NCBI GenBank assembly: GCA_963798955.1
Contig: CAWCVO010000003.1
Span: forward strand, 6,138-70,137
DNA length: 64,000 bases
Source of the DNA: an uncultured Chloroflexia bacterium
Lineage (GTDB): Bacteria; Chloroflexota; Limnocylindria; Limnocylindrales; CSP1-4
Direction of reading: 5' to 3'
The notes under the pieces are model-generated. The model did not search any database, was not told the DNA's origin, and worked only from the letters and a program-made list of their open reading frames with translations. Positions within the stretch are counted from its first letter, which is position 1. Each line of letters starts with the position of its first letter. A program made the translations under genes and the position numbers. Shown in pieces: positions 26,439 through 36,511 of this stretch.

Positions 26439-27344
26439 TCAGTCGGCTTTGATCATCTCCGCCACGGGCGCCAGGGCGTCGATGGCCGCGACCGTCCCCG
26501 GGCTGACCATCAGGTCGACCTGGGTAAAGCCTGCCTCGCGGAACGAGCGGAGAGCGTCCGCGATCTGCTCCGTTGAGCCCGAGATGTCCCCATCGCTGCC
26601 GCCGGCTGCTTCGAGCGGGTGAATCGACAGTCCGGCGGCACGGCCGATGCTGGCCGGGTCGCGCCCGATCTCCTCGCAGATCGTTCCGAACATCGCCAGG
26701 CGGGGTCCAAGCTCCTCGAGTGTCGAGTGCTCCTCGGCGTACGTGCTCCAGATGTCGGCATGCAGAGCGGCATTGCGGATCCCTCTGGCGCGTTGGCCGC
26801 CGATCAACAGCGGGATATGCCCGGGCCGCGGCCCCACCGGCTGCTGCATCAGACCGTGCGCCGAGTGATAGGCGCCATCGAAATTGGCCCTGCCCTCACG
26901 CATCAGCGGCACGATCACCTGGAGTGCCTCCTCGAAACGGGCGGCCGGCCTGTCGTCGGCGAGTCCGAACGCGCGCGACTGCGAGTCCGCATGGCCGGCG
27001 CCCAGCCCGAGCACGAATCGGCCGCCGCTGATCTCGTCCAACGTCTCGGCCGTCTTGGCGATGATGCCCGGGTTGCGGTGGAGCGCCGAAAGCACCCACG
27101 AGCCGATCCTGATGCGCGAGGTGACCGCCGCCACCGCCGCGGCCATCGAGACGCCATCCCAGAAGCCCATCGGCGAGGGGGTGTCACTGCGCCACAGCAA
27201 CTCGTCCGGCACCCACAGCGTGTCCATGCCCATCAACTCCGCGTTGATCGCGGCCTGGCGGATCTCCGGCCAGCGCGGCGTGATGCGCTCGGACCCGTAT
27301 TGCATGATGGGTATGCAGACGCCGATCTCGAAACGTTCGGTCAT
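26439..27344 (-). CDS. LLM-class F420-dependent oxidoreductase.
   Basis: …FEIGVCIPIMQYG…MGMDTLWVPDEL…GGRFVLGLGAGH…. Confidence 0.8.
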   Translation of the reverse strand: MTERFEIGVCIPIMQYGSERITPRWPEIRQAAINAELMGMDTLWVPDELLWRSDTPSPMGFWDGVSMAAAVAAVTSRIRIGSWVLSALHRNPGIIAKTAETLDEISGGRFVLGLGAGHADSQSRAFGLADDRPAARFEEALQVIVPLMREGRANFDGAYHSAHGLMQQPVGPRPGHIPLLIGGQRARGIRNAALHADIWSTYAEEHSTLEELGPRLAMFGTICEEIGRDPASIGRAAGLSIHPLEAAGGSDGDISGSTEQIADALRSFREAGFTQVDLMVSPGTVAAIDALAPVAEMIKAD

Positions 27345-27505
27345 CCTGGAACCCTACCTTGGTCGACTCGCCCTGATGTGGGTCGTCCGCGCCAGGTCAC
27401 GACGCTTGATGCGCGCACAAACGTGTCCCAGAACCACCCCTTGACCGGCCGCGCGCTGCACGAAAGGCTCGTGCGCGATGCGGCACGCGCATCACGGGCG
27501 CCCGG

Positions 27506-29044
27506 CTACTCCTTTACGTAGTCGTCCTGGTAGTACTCCATGCCCAAGTGCGTGATCTGCTCCTCGCCCATCAGCCAGCGCAGCGTGTTCTTCAGCTTGG
27601 TCTGCTGGATGAACAGGTCGTTCTCGGGGTACAGGTTGGGAGCATGCTGCGGGCTCTTGAAATAGAACGAGAGCCACTCCTGGATGCCCTTAAGGCCGGC
27701 GCGATGGGCCAGGTCCATGAATAGCGCCAGGTCGAGCACGATCGGCGCCGCCAGGATCGAATCGCGGCACAGGAAATCGACCTTGATCTGCATCGGGTAG
27801 CCGAGCCAGCCGAACAGGTCGATGTTGTCCCAGCTCTCCTTGTTGTCGCCGCGCGGCGGGTAGTAGTTGATGCGCACCTTGTGGTACAGGTCGCCGTACA
27901 GGTCCGGGTAGACCTCCGGCTGCAGGATGTGCTCGAGCACGCCCAGCTTCGATTCTTCCTTGGTCTTGAAGTTGTCCGGGTCGTCGAGCACCTCGCCGTC
28001 GCGATTGCCCAGGATGTTGGTCGAGAACCAGCCGTTCAAGCCCAGCATGCGCGCCTTGAACATGGGCGCGAGCACGGTCTTGAGCATCGTCTGGCCGCTC
28101 TTGAAGTCCTTGCCACCGATGGGCAGGCCGCGGTCGTGGGCGAGCTGCACGAGCGCCGGGGTGTCGACCGTCAGGTTGGGCGCGCCGTTGGCGAAGGGCA
28201 CGTCCTCGAGCAGTGCGGCGTAGGCATAGACCATCGAGGGCGCGATGGTCGGATCGTCGGCCGCCAGGGCCGCCTCGAAGGCCGCCAGGCTGGCGTGCGT
28301 GGGCTTCTCTTCCATGAAGATCTCGGTCGATGCGGCCCACACCATGACCAGTCGGTCGCACTTGTTCTGCGCCTTGAAGTTGCGGATGTCCTGGCGCAGG
28401 CGCTCGACCATCTCGCTGCGCTTGTGCGTGGGCATCACGTTGGTCGCGCCCTCGATGCGCTTGGCGTAGGCGTGCTCGAAGGCGGCGGGCATGGGCTTGA
28501 TCGACTTGAGGAAGTCGGCGATCGGCTCAATGTGCTCGTGCCGATCGAGGACGCCGCAGCGCACGGCCGCCTCGTAGGCGTTGTCGGGGATGGGATCCCA
28601 CGCGCCGAAGACGATGTCGTCGAGCTTGGCGAGTGGCACGAAGTCCTTGATCAGTGGCGTGCGATTGTCGGTGCGCTTGCCCAGCCGGATCGTGCCCGTC
28701 TGGGTCAGCGAGCCGACCGGCCGCGCACTCCCCCGCCGCGCGTGCTCGACGCCGGCGATGAAGGTCGACGCGACGGCGCCCAGGCCGACGGTCAGGATGC
28801 CCAGCCGTCCGGTCGCAGGTGCGACCTGGTGGGCCTGCGCGGTCACGAAATCCCTGGCTTCCAAGGCGATACCTCTCTCTCTGGCGAGCGAGATCAGCGG
28901 CTGCTGCCACTGAGCCGGGATGCGGCCCGTGCTCGCCCAGTGTTCCACGGTGCTCTGGCGGCGCCCCAGCAAGGCCGCGAGCGCGCTCTGGCCGCCGAAG
29001 CGGCGGATGACACGTTCTGCGGGATTTCCTTCGGCTGCGTCCAT
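27506..29044 (-). CDS. ino1: Inositol-3-phosphate synthase (archaeal/Thermotoga-type MIPS) with an in-frame roughly 80-aa N-terminal YdaS/Cro-like HTH extension.
   Basis: The core aligns along its length to archaeal-type MIPS (RLGILTVGLGAVASTFIAGVEHARRG; MVYAYAALLEDVPFANGAPN; GGKDFKSGQTMLKTVLAPMF; NILGNRDGEVL; FYFKSP). The N-terminus FGGQSALAALLGRRQSTVEHWASTGRIPAQWQQPLISLARERG is a Cro/YdaS-type HTH, in frame with no stop from the ATG at 29044. Confidence 0.85.
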   Translation of the reverse strand: MDAAEGNPAERVIRRFGGQSALAALLGRRQSTVEHWASTGRIPAQWQQPLISLARERGIALEARDFVTAQAHQVAPATGRLGILTVGLGAVASTFIAGVEHARRGSARPVGSLTQTGTIRLGKRTDNRTPLIKDFVPLAKLDDIVFGAWDPIPDNAYEAAVRCGVLDRHEHIEPIADFLKSIKPMPAAFEHAYAKRIEGATNVMPTHKRSEMVERLRQDIRNFKAQNKCDRLVMVWAASTEIFMEEKPTHASLAAFEAALAADDPTIAPSMVYAYAALLEDVPFANGAPNLTVDTPALVQLAHDRGLPIGGKDFKSGQTMLKTVLAPMFKARMLGLNGWFSTNILGNRDGEVLDDPDNFKTKEESKLGVLEHILQPEVYPDLYGDLYHKVRINYYPPRGDNKESWDNIDLFGWLGYPMQIKVDFLCRDSILAAPIVLDLALFMDLAHRAGLKGIQEWLSFYFKSPQHAPNLYPENDLFIQQTKLKNTLRWLMGEEQITHLGMEYYQDDYVKE

Positions 29045-29120
29045 GCCGGGGATGATAACGAAAATCCCGTTACTGCGCTAGACCCTCTCTGAGCGCCGCG
29101 TCGGCCGGTAGCCTGTCGCG

Positions 29121-30419
29121 ATGGCCCAGGCTGCGCCCAGCGGTGCGCAGGATCCGCTGACGCTCGCGTTCCTCGACGGGGGGCTCGAAGACCTGTACCA
29201 GAGGGCGGCCGGCGCCGAGAGCCTGAACGGCTTTCGCACCATCGCGCTCGCGTCGGGCGTGATCTGGGTAATCGCGGCGTTCCTGGTGCCGATAGCCACC
29301 AACCTGTCGCCCTCCTTCACGGTGGTCGTCGCCCAGGGCATGGCGCTGGCGAGCTTCGTCGTGGTGGCGCTCTCGTTCTGGGCGACGACGCTTGACCGGC
29401 AGCATGCGTTGGTGTCGCTGCTGACATCCGCCAACGGCATCGTCATCCTCGCCTTGGCGCTCATCGCCGACGCGCTGCCCGGCTACGGTGTGGCCGCCAC
29501 GATGCTCCTCTTTGCGTGGGGCTTCGTGTCGCGCACGCGCTTTGTCTTCGCTGCGCTGCGCACCGCCGTGGTGGCGGCAGCGTTCGTCGTGGCCGTTTAC
29601 CTGTACAAAGGCCAGGCGAGCCTCGTGCTCGACGTGCTCTTCTTCGCCGCCGCGGCGCTCGGCACGCTGCTCGCGCTGCGCATCCTCGAGAGGAACCGCC
29701 GTCAGCTGTTCTTCCAGGAGCTCGTGATCCGCGGCCAGAGCGAGCAGCTCGAGCTGGAGGCCGCCAAGTCCGAGCAGCTCATCCTCAACATCCTGCCGGC
29801 GTCGATTGCCCGTCGCCTGCGTGATGGCGCGCGCACCATCGCCGACGACTACCCGTCGGTGTCGGTCCTGTTCGGCGATATCGTCGGTTTCACGCCGATC
29901 TCCGCGCAGCTCAGCGCCCACCAGTTGATCGAGCTGCTCAGCCGGCTCTTTTCGCGCTTCGACGAGCTCGTGGCCGAACACGGACTCGAGAAGATCAAGA
30001 CCATCGGCGACAACTACATGGCCGTCGGCGGCCTGACCGGCGAAACCGACCATGCGCACAGGATCGTTCGCCTGGGCCTGGCCATGCTCGCGGAGGCAGG
30101 CCGGCACGAGGCGCTGGGTCGCCCGCTCCAGCTACGCGTTGGCGTGCACTCGGGGCCGGTTGCCGGCGGCGTCATCGGCACGCGCAAGCTGGTGTTCGAC
30201 CTGTGGGGCGATACGGTCAACGTCGCCAGCCGGCTGCAGGAGGTGGGCCCTCCCGGGCGCATCCACCTCAGCGAAGCCAGCTGGCTGCTCGTGCGCGATC
30301 AGTTCGAGTGCGAGCCGCTGGGCGAGAGCCAGTTGCGCGGCCATTCCCGTATGGCCACCTTTGCGGTGATCGGACCGGCCGCGGCGGCGCCCACCAATAG
30401 CCGGGAATCAGCCGCTTGA
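29121..30419 (+). CDS. Membrane-anchored class III adenylate/guanylate cyclase.
   Basis: Six N-terminal TM helices, then a CYC domain (…VSVLFGDIVGFTPIS… KTIGDNYMAVGG… LRVGVHSGPVAGGVIG… FDLWGDTVNVASRLQ). Confidence 0.8.
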   Translation: MAQAAPSGAQDPLTLAFLDGGLEDLYQRAAGAESLNGFRTIALASGVIWVIAAFLVPIATNLSPSFTVVVAQGMALASFVVVALSFWATTLDRQHALVSLLTSANGIVILALALIADALPGYGVAATMLLFAWGFVSRTRFVFAALRTAVVAAAFVVAVYLYKGQASLVLDVLFFAAAALGTLLALRILERNRRQLFFQELVIRGQSEQLELEAAKSEQLILNILPASIARRLRDGARTIADDYPSVSVLFGDIVGFTPISAQLSAHQLIELLSRLFSRFDELVAEHGLEKIKTIGDNYMAVGGLTGETDHAHRIVRLGLAMLAEAGRHEALGRPLQLRVGVHSGPVAGGVIGTRKLVFDLWGDTVNVASRLQEVGPPGRIHLSEASWLLVRDQFECEPLGESQLRGHSRMATFAVIGPAAAAPTNSRESAA

Positions 30420-30869
30420 CATCATCTTGTTGATCTCGTCGCGGTACTGCCGCCCGGCCGGCACGCGGGCCAGCCACTCCAGGAAGTCCGGATCGTGGCG
30501 ATGGATCTGGCCCAGCGTCCAGCCGCTGTAGCGTCCGAAATCAATCAGACTCCCGTGCGGTGGCCCGACCGGCAGGCCCGCCGAGCCGTAGGGCACGTCG
30601 CCCGGCTGCATGATCAGCCGATCAGCCTTGCGCCGATCGCGCCGGCTCGATAGCCAGGCATCGTATTGGCGCCTCTTCTCTGTGTCGCGCAGGGTGGCGT
30701 ACGCCTCGTTGATCTCGGCCATCTTGCGCGCCGCCTCGGGGCTGGCGTCGACGTCGGGGTGGTAGCGCCGGGCGAGTCTCCGATAGACGGTGCTGATGAT
30801 TTCCCGGTCGGCGTTCTCCGCCAGCATGAGCATCTTGTAGTACGTGTTGCGCGGATCGCGTGTTGCCAT
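30408..30869 (-). CDS. J-domain (DnaJ-like) protein.
   Basis: YYKMLMLAENADREIISTVYRRLARRYHPDV…AEINEAYATLRDTEKRRQYD includes the HPD motif. Start at Met 55 of track ORF 30408..31031. Confidence 0.7.
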   Translation of the reverse strand: MATRDPRNTYYKMLMLAENADREIISTVYRRLARRYHPDVDASPEAARKMAEINEAYATLRDTEKRRQYDAWLSSRRDRRKADRLIMQPGDVPYGSAGLPVGPPHGSLIDFGRYSGWTLGQIHRHDPDFLEWLARVPAGRQYRDEINKMMSSG

Positions 30870-30960
30870 TCCTGGCGAATGATCGGGCCTCGCGTGGCAA
30901 TGCGTATAGGCGGGACGGTACTGTTGCTCCCCCGCAACTCGTCCTATCCACCCTCTACTG

Positions 30961-32481
30961 TCAGATGACGGCCTCTGCAATATCGGGCGGATTCGTACGG
31001 CGTTTGGCGGCGTACATCGCCGAGTCGGCACGGTCGATCAACGCCTGGGCCGAGAGCCGGGAGTCGCTCACGGCGATCCCCACGCTGGCACCCAGATGCA
31101 CTTGAGTCGAACCGACGGCAAAGGGTGCGTCACAGGCCTCCACGATGCGCTTTGCCACCGCCTCGGCGTCGCGCACGCCGCTTGGTACCTTGAGCAACAC
31201 CGCGAACTCGTCGCCGCCGTAACGGGCGACCAGATCGGCGTCGCGGGTCGCGTGGCGAAGGCGCGAGCCAGTCTCGACGAGCACCTCGTCGCCGGCCGCG
31301 TGGCCGTACAGGTCGTTCACCTGCTTGAAGTTGTTGAGGTCCAGGAAGAGCAGCGCGACCGGGCCGTTGTGCGGCAACGCGGTGAGGGCGGCGGACAGCG
31401 CGTCGACGAGCACGCCCCGGTTCGCGAGCCCGGTCAACCCGTCCAGGCTGGCGCGGTTCTCGAGCTGCAATTCCTGGAACTTGCGGCCGGTCACGTCCTG
31501 GACGATGCCCTCGTAGTAGAGCGGCTGGCCCATCTGGTCGCGCACGAGGAGGGCGCTGTCGCGCAACCAGAAGATGCGGCCACCCGGGGCCCGGGCGCGA
31601 AAGTCGATTGCGTGCGCCACCCCATCGCGTTCAACCTCCTCGCGAAACTTCGACCGATCATTCGGGTCGACGTACAGGCTGGCCGCGTCCAGATCTGCGA
31701 ACTGCGCTGGATCGGTGATGCCGAACATCGCTGCGAACGCGCCGTTGGCCTCCAGGAACTGCCCGTCGAGGGTGGTGCGGTACATGCCCACCGGCACGCG
31801 CTGGAACAGCATCCGATAACGCTCGACGGCTGAGGTGAGCCGGGCGTGGACATGCACGACCGCGAGCAGTGCGATGGTGACTGCGACCACGCCGCCGATG
31901 TATTCGATCCCGGCGTTTGCCGGGCGTACGGCGCCACCGCTGCCGACCAACCGCCAGTCGATGAGGCCCGTGAGCGACGACGTGATCCATGCGGCAGCGG
32001 CGAGGCGGCGCAGCGTGCGACTGTCAACGTACGGTACGGCGATCAGCACCGCGACCAGGTTGGCCATGAGCAGTGCCGTGGGGGCGCCGTCCGAGACGGA
32101 GACTGCCAGCGTCAGGGCGAAGATTGACAGCGAGGTAGCCGTGACGGCACGCACGACGTTGTAGCGCGTGACGAGCCGCCGGCCGGCGAGCGTGCCTGCG
32201 CCGATGACGACCAGTCCGATCGCGGCGAGCAGCCCGGCCGTGCCCTGCCCGGTCAGGATGAGGAGCACGAGCCAGCCCGCCATTGCCAGCGCGGCGACAC
32301 CCATCAGTCCGAGAAGCGCCCGGAAGACGCGCGCGTCGCCGTCGATCGCCGTTGGCTGCCCGGCGACGGTGAACGGCTGGCCAACGACCGCCGCGCCTCC
32401 TCGAGCCACGGCGATGAAATCAGGTGCGCTGAAGCCATCCTCGAACGACGAATCGCCGATCCAGTCGGCGCGCACAGTCAT
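30961..32481 (-). CDS. Membrane diguanylate cyclase (TM, PAS, GGDEF domains).
   Basis: Multiple N-terminal TM helices, a PAS-like region (…MYRTTLDGQFLEANGAFAAMFG…), and a GGDEF domain (RYGGDEFAVLL). Confidence 0.85.
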   Translation of the reverse strand: MTVRADWIGDSSFEDGFSAPDFIAVARGGAAVVGQPFTVAGQPTAIDGDARVFRALLGLMGVAALAMAGWLVLLILTGQGTAGLLAAIGLVVIGAGTLAGRRLVTRYNVVRAVTATSLSIFALTLAVSVSDGAPTALLMANLVAVLIAVPYVDSRTLRRLAAAAWITSSLTGLIDWRLVGSGGAVRPANAGIEYIGGVVAVTIALLAVVHVHARLTSAVERYRMLFQRVPVGMYRTTLDGQFLEANGAFAAMFGITDPAQFADLDAASLYVDPNDRSKFREEVERDGVAHAIDFRARAPGGRIFWLRDSALLVRDQMGQPLYYEGIVQDVTGRKFQELQLENRASLDGLTGLANRGVLVDALSAALTALPHNGPVALLFLDLNNFKQVNDLYGHAAGDEVLVETGSRLRHATRDADLVARYGGDEFAVLLKVPSGVRDAEAVAKRIVEACDAPFAVGSTQVHLGASVGIAVSDSRLSAQALIDRADSAMYAAKRRTNPPDIAEAVI

Positions 32482-32552
32482 GATCCGATCCTAGGAACCC
32501 AAGGGCCCCGCGCGAAACCGGACCTAAGGCCTGTGCCCTTCGTACTCCGCTC

Positions 32553-34888
32553 CTACGACACGACCTCCGAGCTGTTCAGCTGACCTGAATCGAGAACATG
32601 CGCGAGGGTCTCGACCAGGACGTCGGCATGCTTGCGCCGGAAGACGAGCGGCGGCCGGATCTTGAGCGTGTTGCCGGCGCGGCCCGTGGTCCCGATCAGC
32701 ACGCCGGCGGCGCGCATGGCCTCGACCATCTCGCGCGCGGCCGCGCGGTCGGGCTCGGTCGTATTGGGGCGGACTATCTCGACCCCGATGGCGAGGCCGA
32801 CTGCGCGCACCTCGCCGATCAGGCGATGCCGCTCCGCCAGCGCGCGCAAACGGCCGGCCAGGTAGTCCCCGACGCGGCTTGCGTTGTCGATGACATGCTC
32901 ATCGTCCATCACCTCGAGCACGGCCAGTGCTGCCGCGGCGGCCACCGGGTTGCCGCCAAAGGTCGAGAAGAACTCGCCCTCCGGGGAGAACCGCTCCGCA
33001 AGTTCGCGGCGAGTGATGACCGCCGCGATGGGCATGCCGTTGCCCATCGGCTTGCCCACGGTGACGATGTCCGGGACGATGCCCAACCGCTGGTAGCCCC
33101 ACATTGCCTCGCCCGTCCGGCCGTGGCCACTCTGGACCTCGTCGGCAATCCACAGCGCGCCTGCCGCGTGGGCGAGCCGCACGAGCTCGGCGGCGATCGA
33201 CCAGTGCAGGTCGATGATCCCGTCGCTGGTCAGCAGCGCGTCGAGGATGGCCGCGGCCGGTGCGTGGCCCGCATCTACAAGCTCAGCGACCGCTCGCTCG
33301 AAGTCGCTGAGCGAACCGTCAAACCCGCGTAGCCGGTCGGGCGGACGCCACGTGCGCACATGTGCCGGCGCTGCCTGTGCGCCCCATTCCTCGGGCGTCA
33401 GGCTATTGGTCGCCTCGGTGATGCCGTGGTAGGCATAGTCCGTCGTGAGCGCGCCGCTCCGGCCGGTCGCGGCGCGCGCGATGCGCCACGCGACGTCATT
33501 CGCCTCGCTGCCGGAATTGACGAACATGACCACGTCGAGCGCGCCGCCGGTCGTCGCCAGCAGGCGCTCGGCCAACTCCACCGCCGTCTCGTGCAGGTAG
33601 CGCGAGTTGGTGTTGAGGCGGCGCGCCTGGCGGGTCATGGCCTCGACCACGCGCGGGTGCTCGTGGCCAACGACGGGCACGTTGTTGTATGCGTCGAGGT
33701 AGCGCCGGCCGTCGGCATCGAACAGCCACACGTCCTCGCCGCGCACCAGGTGCAGCGGCTCGCGATAGGTGGGCGCGGTCATCGCCGGACCGAAAGCCCG
33801 TGCGCGTCGCCTGGCCAGACTGCTGACCCCGGTGCCCTCCCCCGGCGCGCGTCCGCCGAGCATGCGTCGGGCTTCTTCCCAGCCGACCGACTCAAGCAGG
33901 CGGAGCACCTTGACGGCCTGCCCGCGCAGGTTGCGCATGAGCGTGTCCGGGTCGTCGTACAGCGCAGCGCGTGAGGCGGGAATGACGACGCCGGCGCACA
34001 TTCGCGCCGCGACCAGCTCACCCATGATGCGCCGCTCGGCCGGCTCGAGCGGGGTCACCTTCTCGTAGCCGTCGAGGGCCAGCCGGCACACGCGGAACCA
34101 CTCGGCGACGTCCTCCTCGCGGCCGTCGGTCACCGTTTCGAGCGGGGCCACGAGGTCCACCGCCAGTGCCGACCAGCTCGCGTCGCCGAAGTCGATGATG
34201 CCGGTCACCCTGCCGTCCTCGTCGACGAGGGTGTTGGAAGCGCACAGGTCGGTGTGGATGACCTGGTGGCGAAGCGTCGGCAGCAGCGGCGTCACGACGC
34301 GCTCGTATTGATCGAGTGCGCGTTCGACGACGCCGCGCACCTCGTCATCGGGGATCGACTCGAGCAGGGGGCGCAGCAACAGCGCGTGCTGGACGTCCCA
34401 CAGCATCACCCGGGCGGCACTGGGATGCCAGAAGCCGCGCAGCGCTCGGCCGACCCTCGCCGCCATCGTCCCCCAGTCGCGCACCGCCTCGTCGCTCAAG
34501 CTGGCGCCCTGGACCGACGCCCAACCTGGCAGCCGGTCATACATGCGCGCCCAGTGCAGCTGCCCGTCACGCTCGATTGGCGCGCGGAACATGTGCGGGG
34601 CATCCGGCACGGCCCATGGCAAGGCGACCGGCAGGCTGGGGTCCACGCGGGCGATGGTCTGCGCCGCGAGCGCTTCCATGTCCAGTTGGTCGGTCGACTC
34701 GGCGGCGTTGGAAATCTTCATGACCGCTGGCCGCTCGCCGTCGATCAGGAACGCCTGGTCGCGCTCACTGTCGGCCTCAGTCGCAGCGCCATCGACGCCG
34801 AACAGGTCGCGCGCCAGTTGTCGCGCCTCGTCGGGCGTAAACGCCGGGCGCGCCGCCGTCAATACGGTGTCAACGCTCGGATCGGTCA
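32553..34888 (-). CDS. Fusion protein: N-terminal aminoglycoside-phosphotransferase-fold kinase plus C-terminal class-III (PLP) aminotransferase-fold domain.
   Basis: The APH fold has Brenner and DFG-like motifs (VIHTDLCASNTLVDEDGRVTGIIDFGDAS). The AT-III domain has …DAYNNVPVVGHEHPRVVEA…, …FVNSGSEANDVA…, …IADEVQSGHGRTG…, …TVGKPMGNG… (PLP Lys). GTG start around 34888 overlaps the chitinase stop (GTGA), so the first 29 residues of the track ORF are excluded. Confidence 0.8.
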
Positions 34889-35944
34889 CCGGGTGAACGT
34901 GTTCAGGATGCTGCTGAAGGCCCAGGCCGGCTGGTTGATGCCCGAGCAGGTCCCGGCGCCGGTCGTCCCGGGGCAACCGCCGTTATCGCGCTGAACTGCC
35001 CAGAAGGACAGCACGGCCATGCCCTTCAACTTGGCGAAGCGGCGCACCTGCCTGGCGTCCTGCAGATGGGTCGTCTCGGTTTTCGCGGGATTGTCGTCCC
35101 GTCCGATCATCAGCGTGGCGCCCTCCATTGCCCACCGCTGCGGACCCGACTTGCCCGGCAGGAGGGCCTTCAGCTGGTGATGCAGTCCCTTCAGGGCGGT
35201 GATCGCCGAGGTGCCCATGTCGAGCCGCTTGCCGTCGTAGTAGTCGAAGACCATGGGCTGGACGACGTCGATGCGCACGCCGTTGGCGACCGCGTTGTGC
35301 AGGACTGCATAAGCGTCGGGCAGGAGGCCGGTGCGGACGGTCGGCAGCGTGTAGGAGACCGTCAGCGGCCGACCCTGCGCGATGGCCCAGTCCTGGACGA
35401 TCTTGATCGCCTTGTTGCGTCGGTCGATGCCGTTGCTGCGGCCGAGCGAGGCGCCCTCGATGTCCATGTCCAGGCGGCTGACGTCGTACGTGGTGATCAC
35501 GCCCTCGTAGGCAGCCGCGATCGCGTTGACGTCCTTGCACGAATCGCCGATCTCGGTGCCGCCCTGGTCGGCCGACCAGCCGCCGAACGACGGAATGACA
35601 TCGCCGCCCAGCCCGCGCAAACTGGCGATGTCCGCCGCGTAGCCCCCCGCGCCAACCTGGCGATTGCTGTCGCCGTTCCACGCGAGCGTGCACGAATCGG
35701 TACCCAGCGTCTCGAGGAAGGCGAGCGTGAAGTAGCGGGTGCCGGACTGCTGGGCGATATTGGTCAGGCTGTCCGAACGCCAGGTCTCGAAGAATGGCGA
35801 GAAGACGCGGCGCGGCACGGCCGTCGCCGCATCGACGTTGGTCGAGCCCACGATGCCGGCCGGCAGCAGCACGAGGACGAGCAGCGACGCCGCGGCGACG
35901 CGCCACACCGCCTTCGTCATGCGCCTCACGTGCTCAACCTCCAT
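34886..35944 (-). CDS. Secreted glycoside hydrolase family 18 (chitinase-like).
   Basis: Signal peptide (MTKAVWRVAAASLLVLVLL), then DxxDxDxE catalytic motif (VSRLDMDIEGAS) and a GH18 (β/α)8 signature. Confidence 0.75.
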   Translation of the reverse strand: MEVEHVRRMTKAVWRVAAASLLVLVLLPAGIVGSTNVDAATAVPRRVFSPFFETWRSDSLTNIAQQSGTRYFTLAFLETLGTDSCTLAWNGDSNRQVGAGGYAADIASLRGLGGDVIPSFGGWSADQGGTEIGDSCKDVNAIAAAYEGVITTYDVSRLDMDIEGASLGRSNGIDRRNKAIKIVQDWAIAQGRPLTVSYTLPTVRTGLLPDAYAVLHNAVANGVRIDVVQPMVFDYYDGKRLDMGTSAITALKGLHHQLKALLPGKSGPQRWAMEGATLMIGRDDNPAKTETTHLQDARQVRRFAKLKGMAVLSFWAVQRDNGGCPGTTGAGTCSGINQPAWAFSSILNTFTR

Positions 35945-36413
35945 CGGCGGCCCGTTCGAGCTCGCCGATTTCGATCTTTCCCATCTTGAGCATCGCCTCC
36001 ATCGCGCGGCGCGCCCGGTCAGGGTCGGGATCGCTCGTCAGCTCGGTGAGCCGGCGGGGAGTGATCTGCCAGGACAGACCCCAGCGATCCTTGAGCCAGC
36101 CACACGGGCCCGGTTCACCACCGTCGGCCGTCAGTGCGTCCCACAACCGGTCGACCTCGGCCTGGCCCTCGACTTCGATGACCAACGAGACTGCCTCGTT
36201 GAACTTGAAGTCGGGGCCGCCGTTGAGGGCCATGAACTGCCGGCCACCAATGGTGAACTCGACGGTCAGGACCATGCCCGCCGGCCCGCTCGGCGTGTCG
36301 GCCGGGGAATGCGAGACCTTGTCGATATGACTGCCGGGCAGGAGCGTGACGTAGAAGGCGGCGGCCTCTTCGGCTTGGCCGTCGAACCACAGGCATGGGT
36401 ACAGCTTGTGCAC
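35934..36413 (-). CDS. VOC-family protein (PhnB/3-demethylubiquinone-9 methyltransferase-like glyoxalase fold).
   Basis: LYPCLWFDGQAEEAAAFYVTLLPGSHI…MVLTVEFTIGGRQFMALNGGPDFKFNEAVSLVIEV…WLKDRWGLSWQI. GTG start 36413 is preceded by GGAGGA. Confidence 0.65.
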   Translation of the reverse strand: MHKLYPCLWFDGQAEEAAAFYVTLLPGSHIDKVSHSPADTPSGPAGMVLTVEFTIGGRQFMALNGGPDFKFNEAVSLVIEVEGQAEVDRLWDALTADGGEPGPCGWLKDRWGLSWQITPRRLTELTSDPDPDRARRAMEAMLKMGKIEIGELERAADGG

Positions 36414-36511
36414 GGCTGGCGTCCTCCGATCATGTTGATGTTTCATTCGGTGCTGCGTGCCAGAATGTGGACCGTTGGATATGTCAGAAGGTTAGACGAG
36501 GACTGATCACC

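Noticed and set aside
27881-29092. 403-aa plus-strand ORF.
   Set aside because: Antisense to the inositol-3-phosphate synthase gene.
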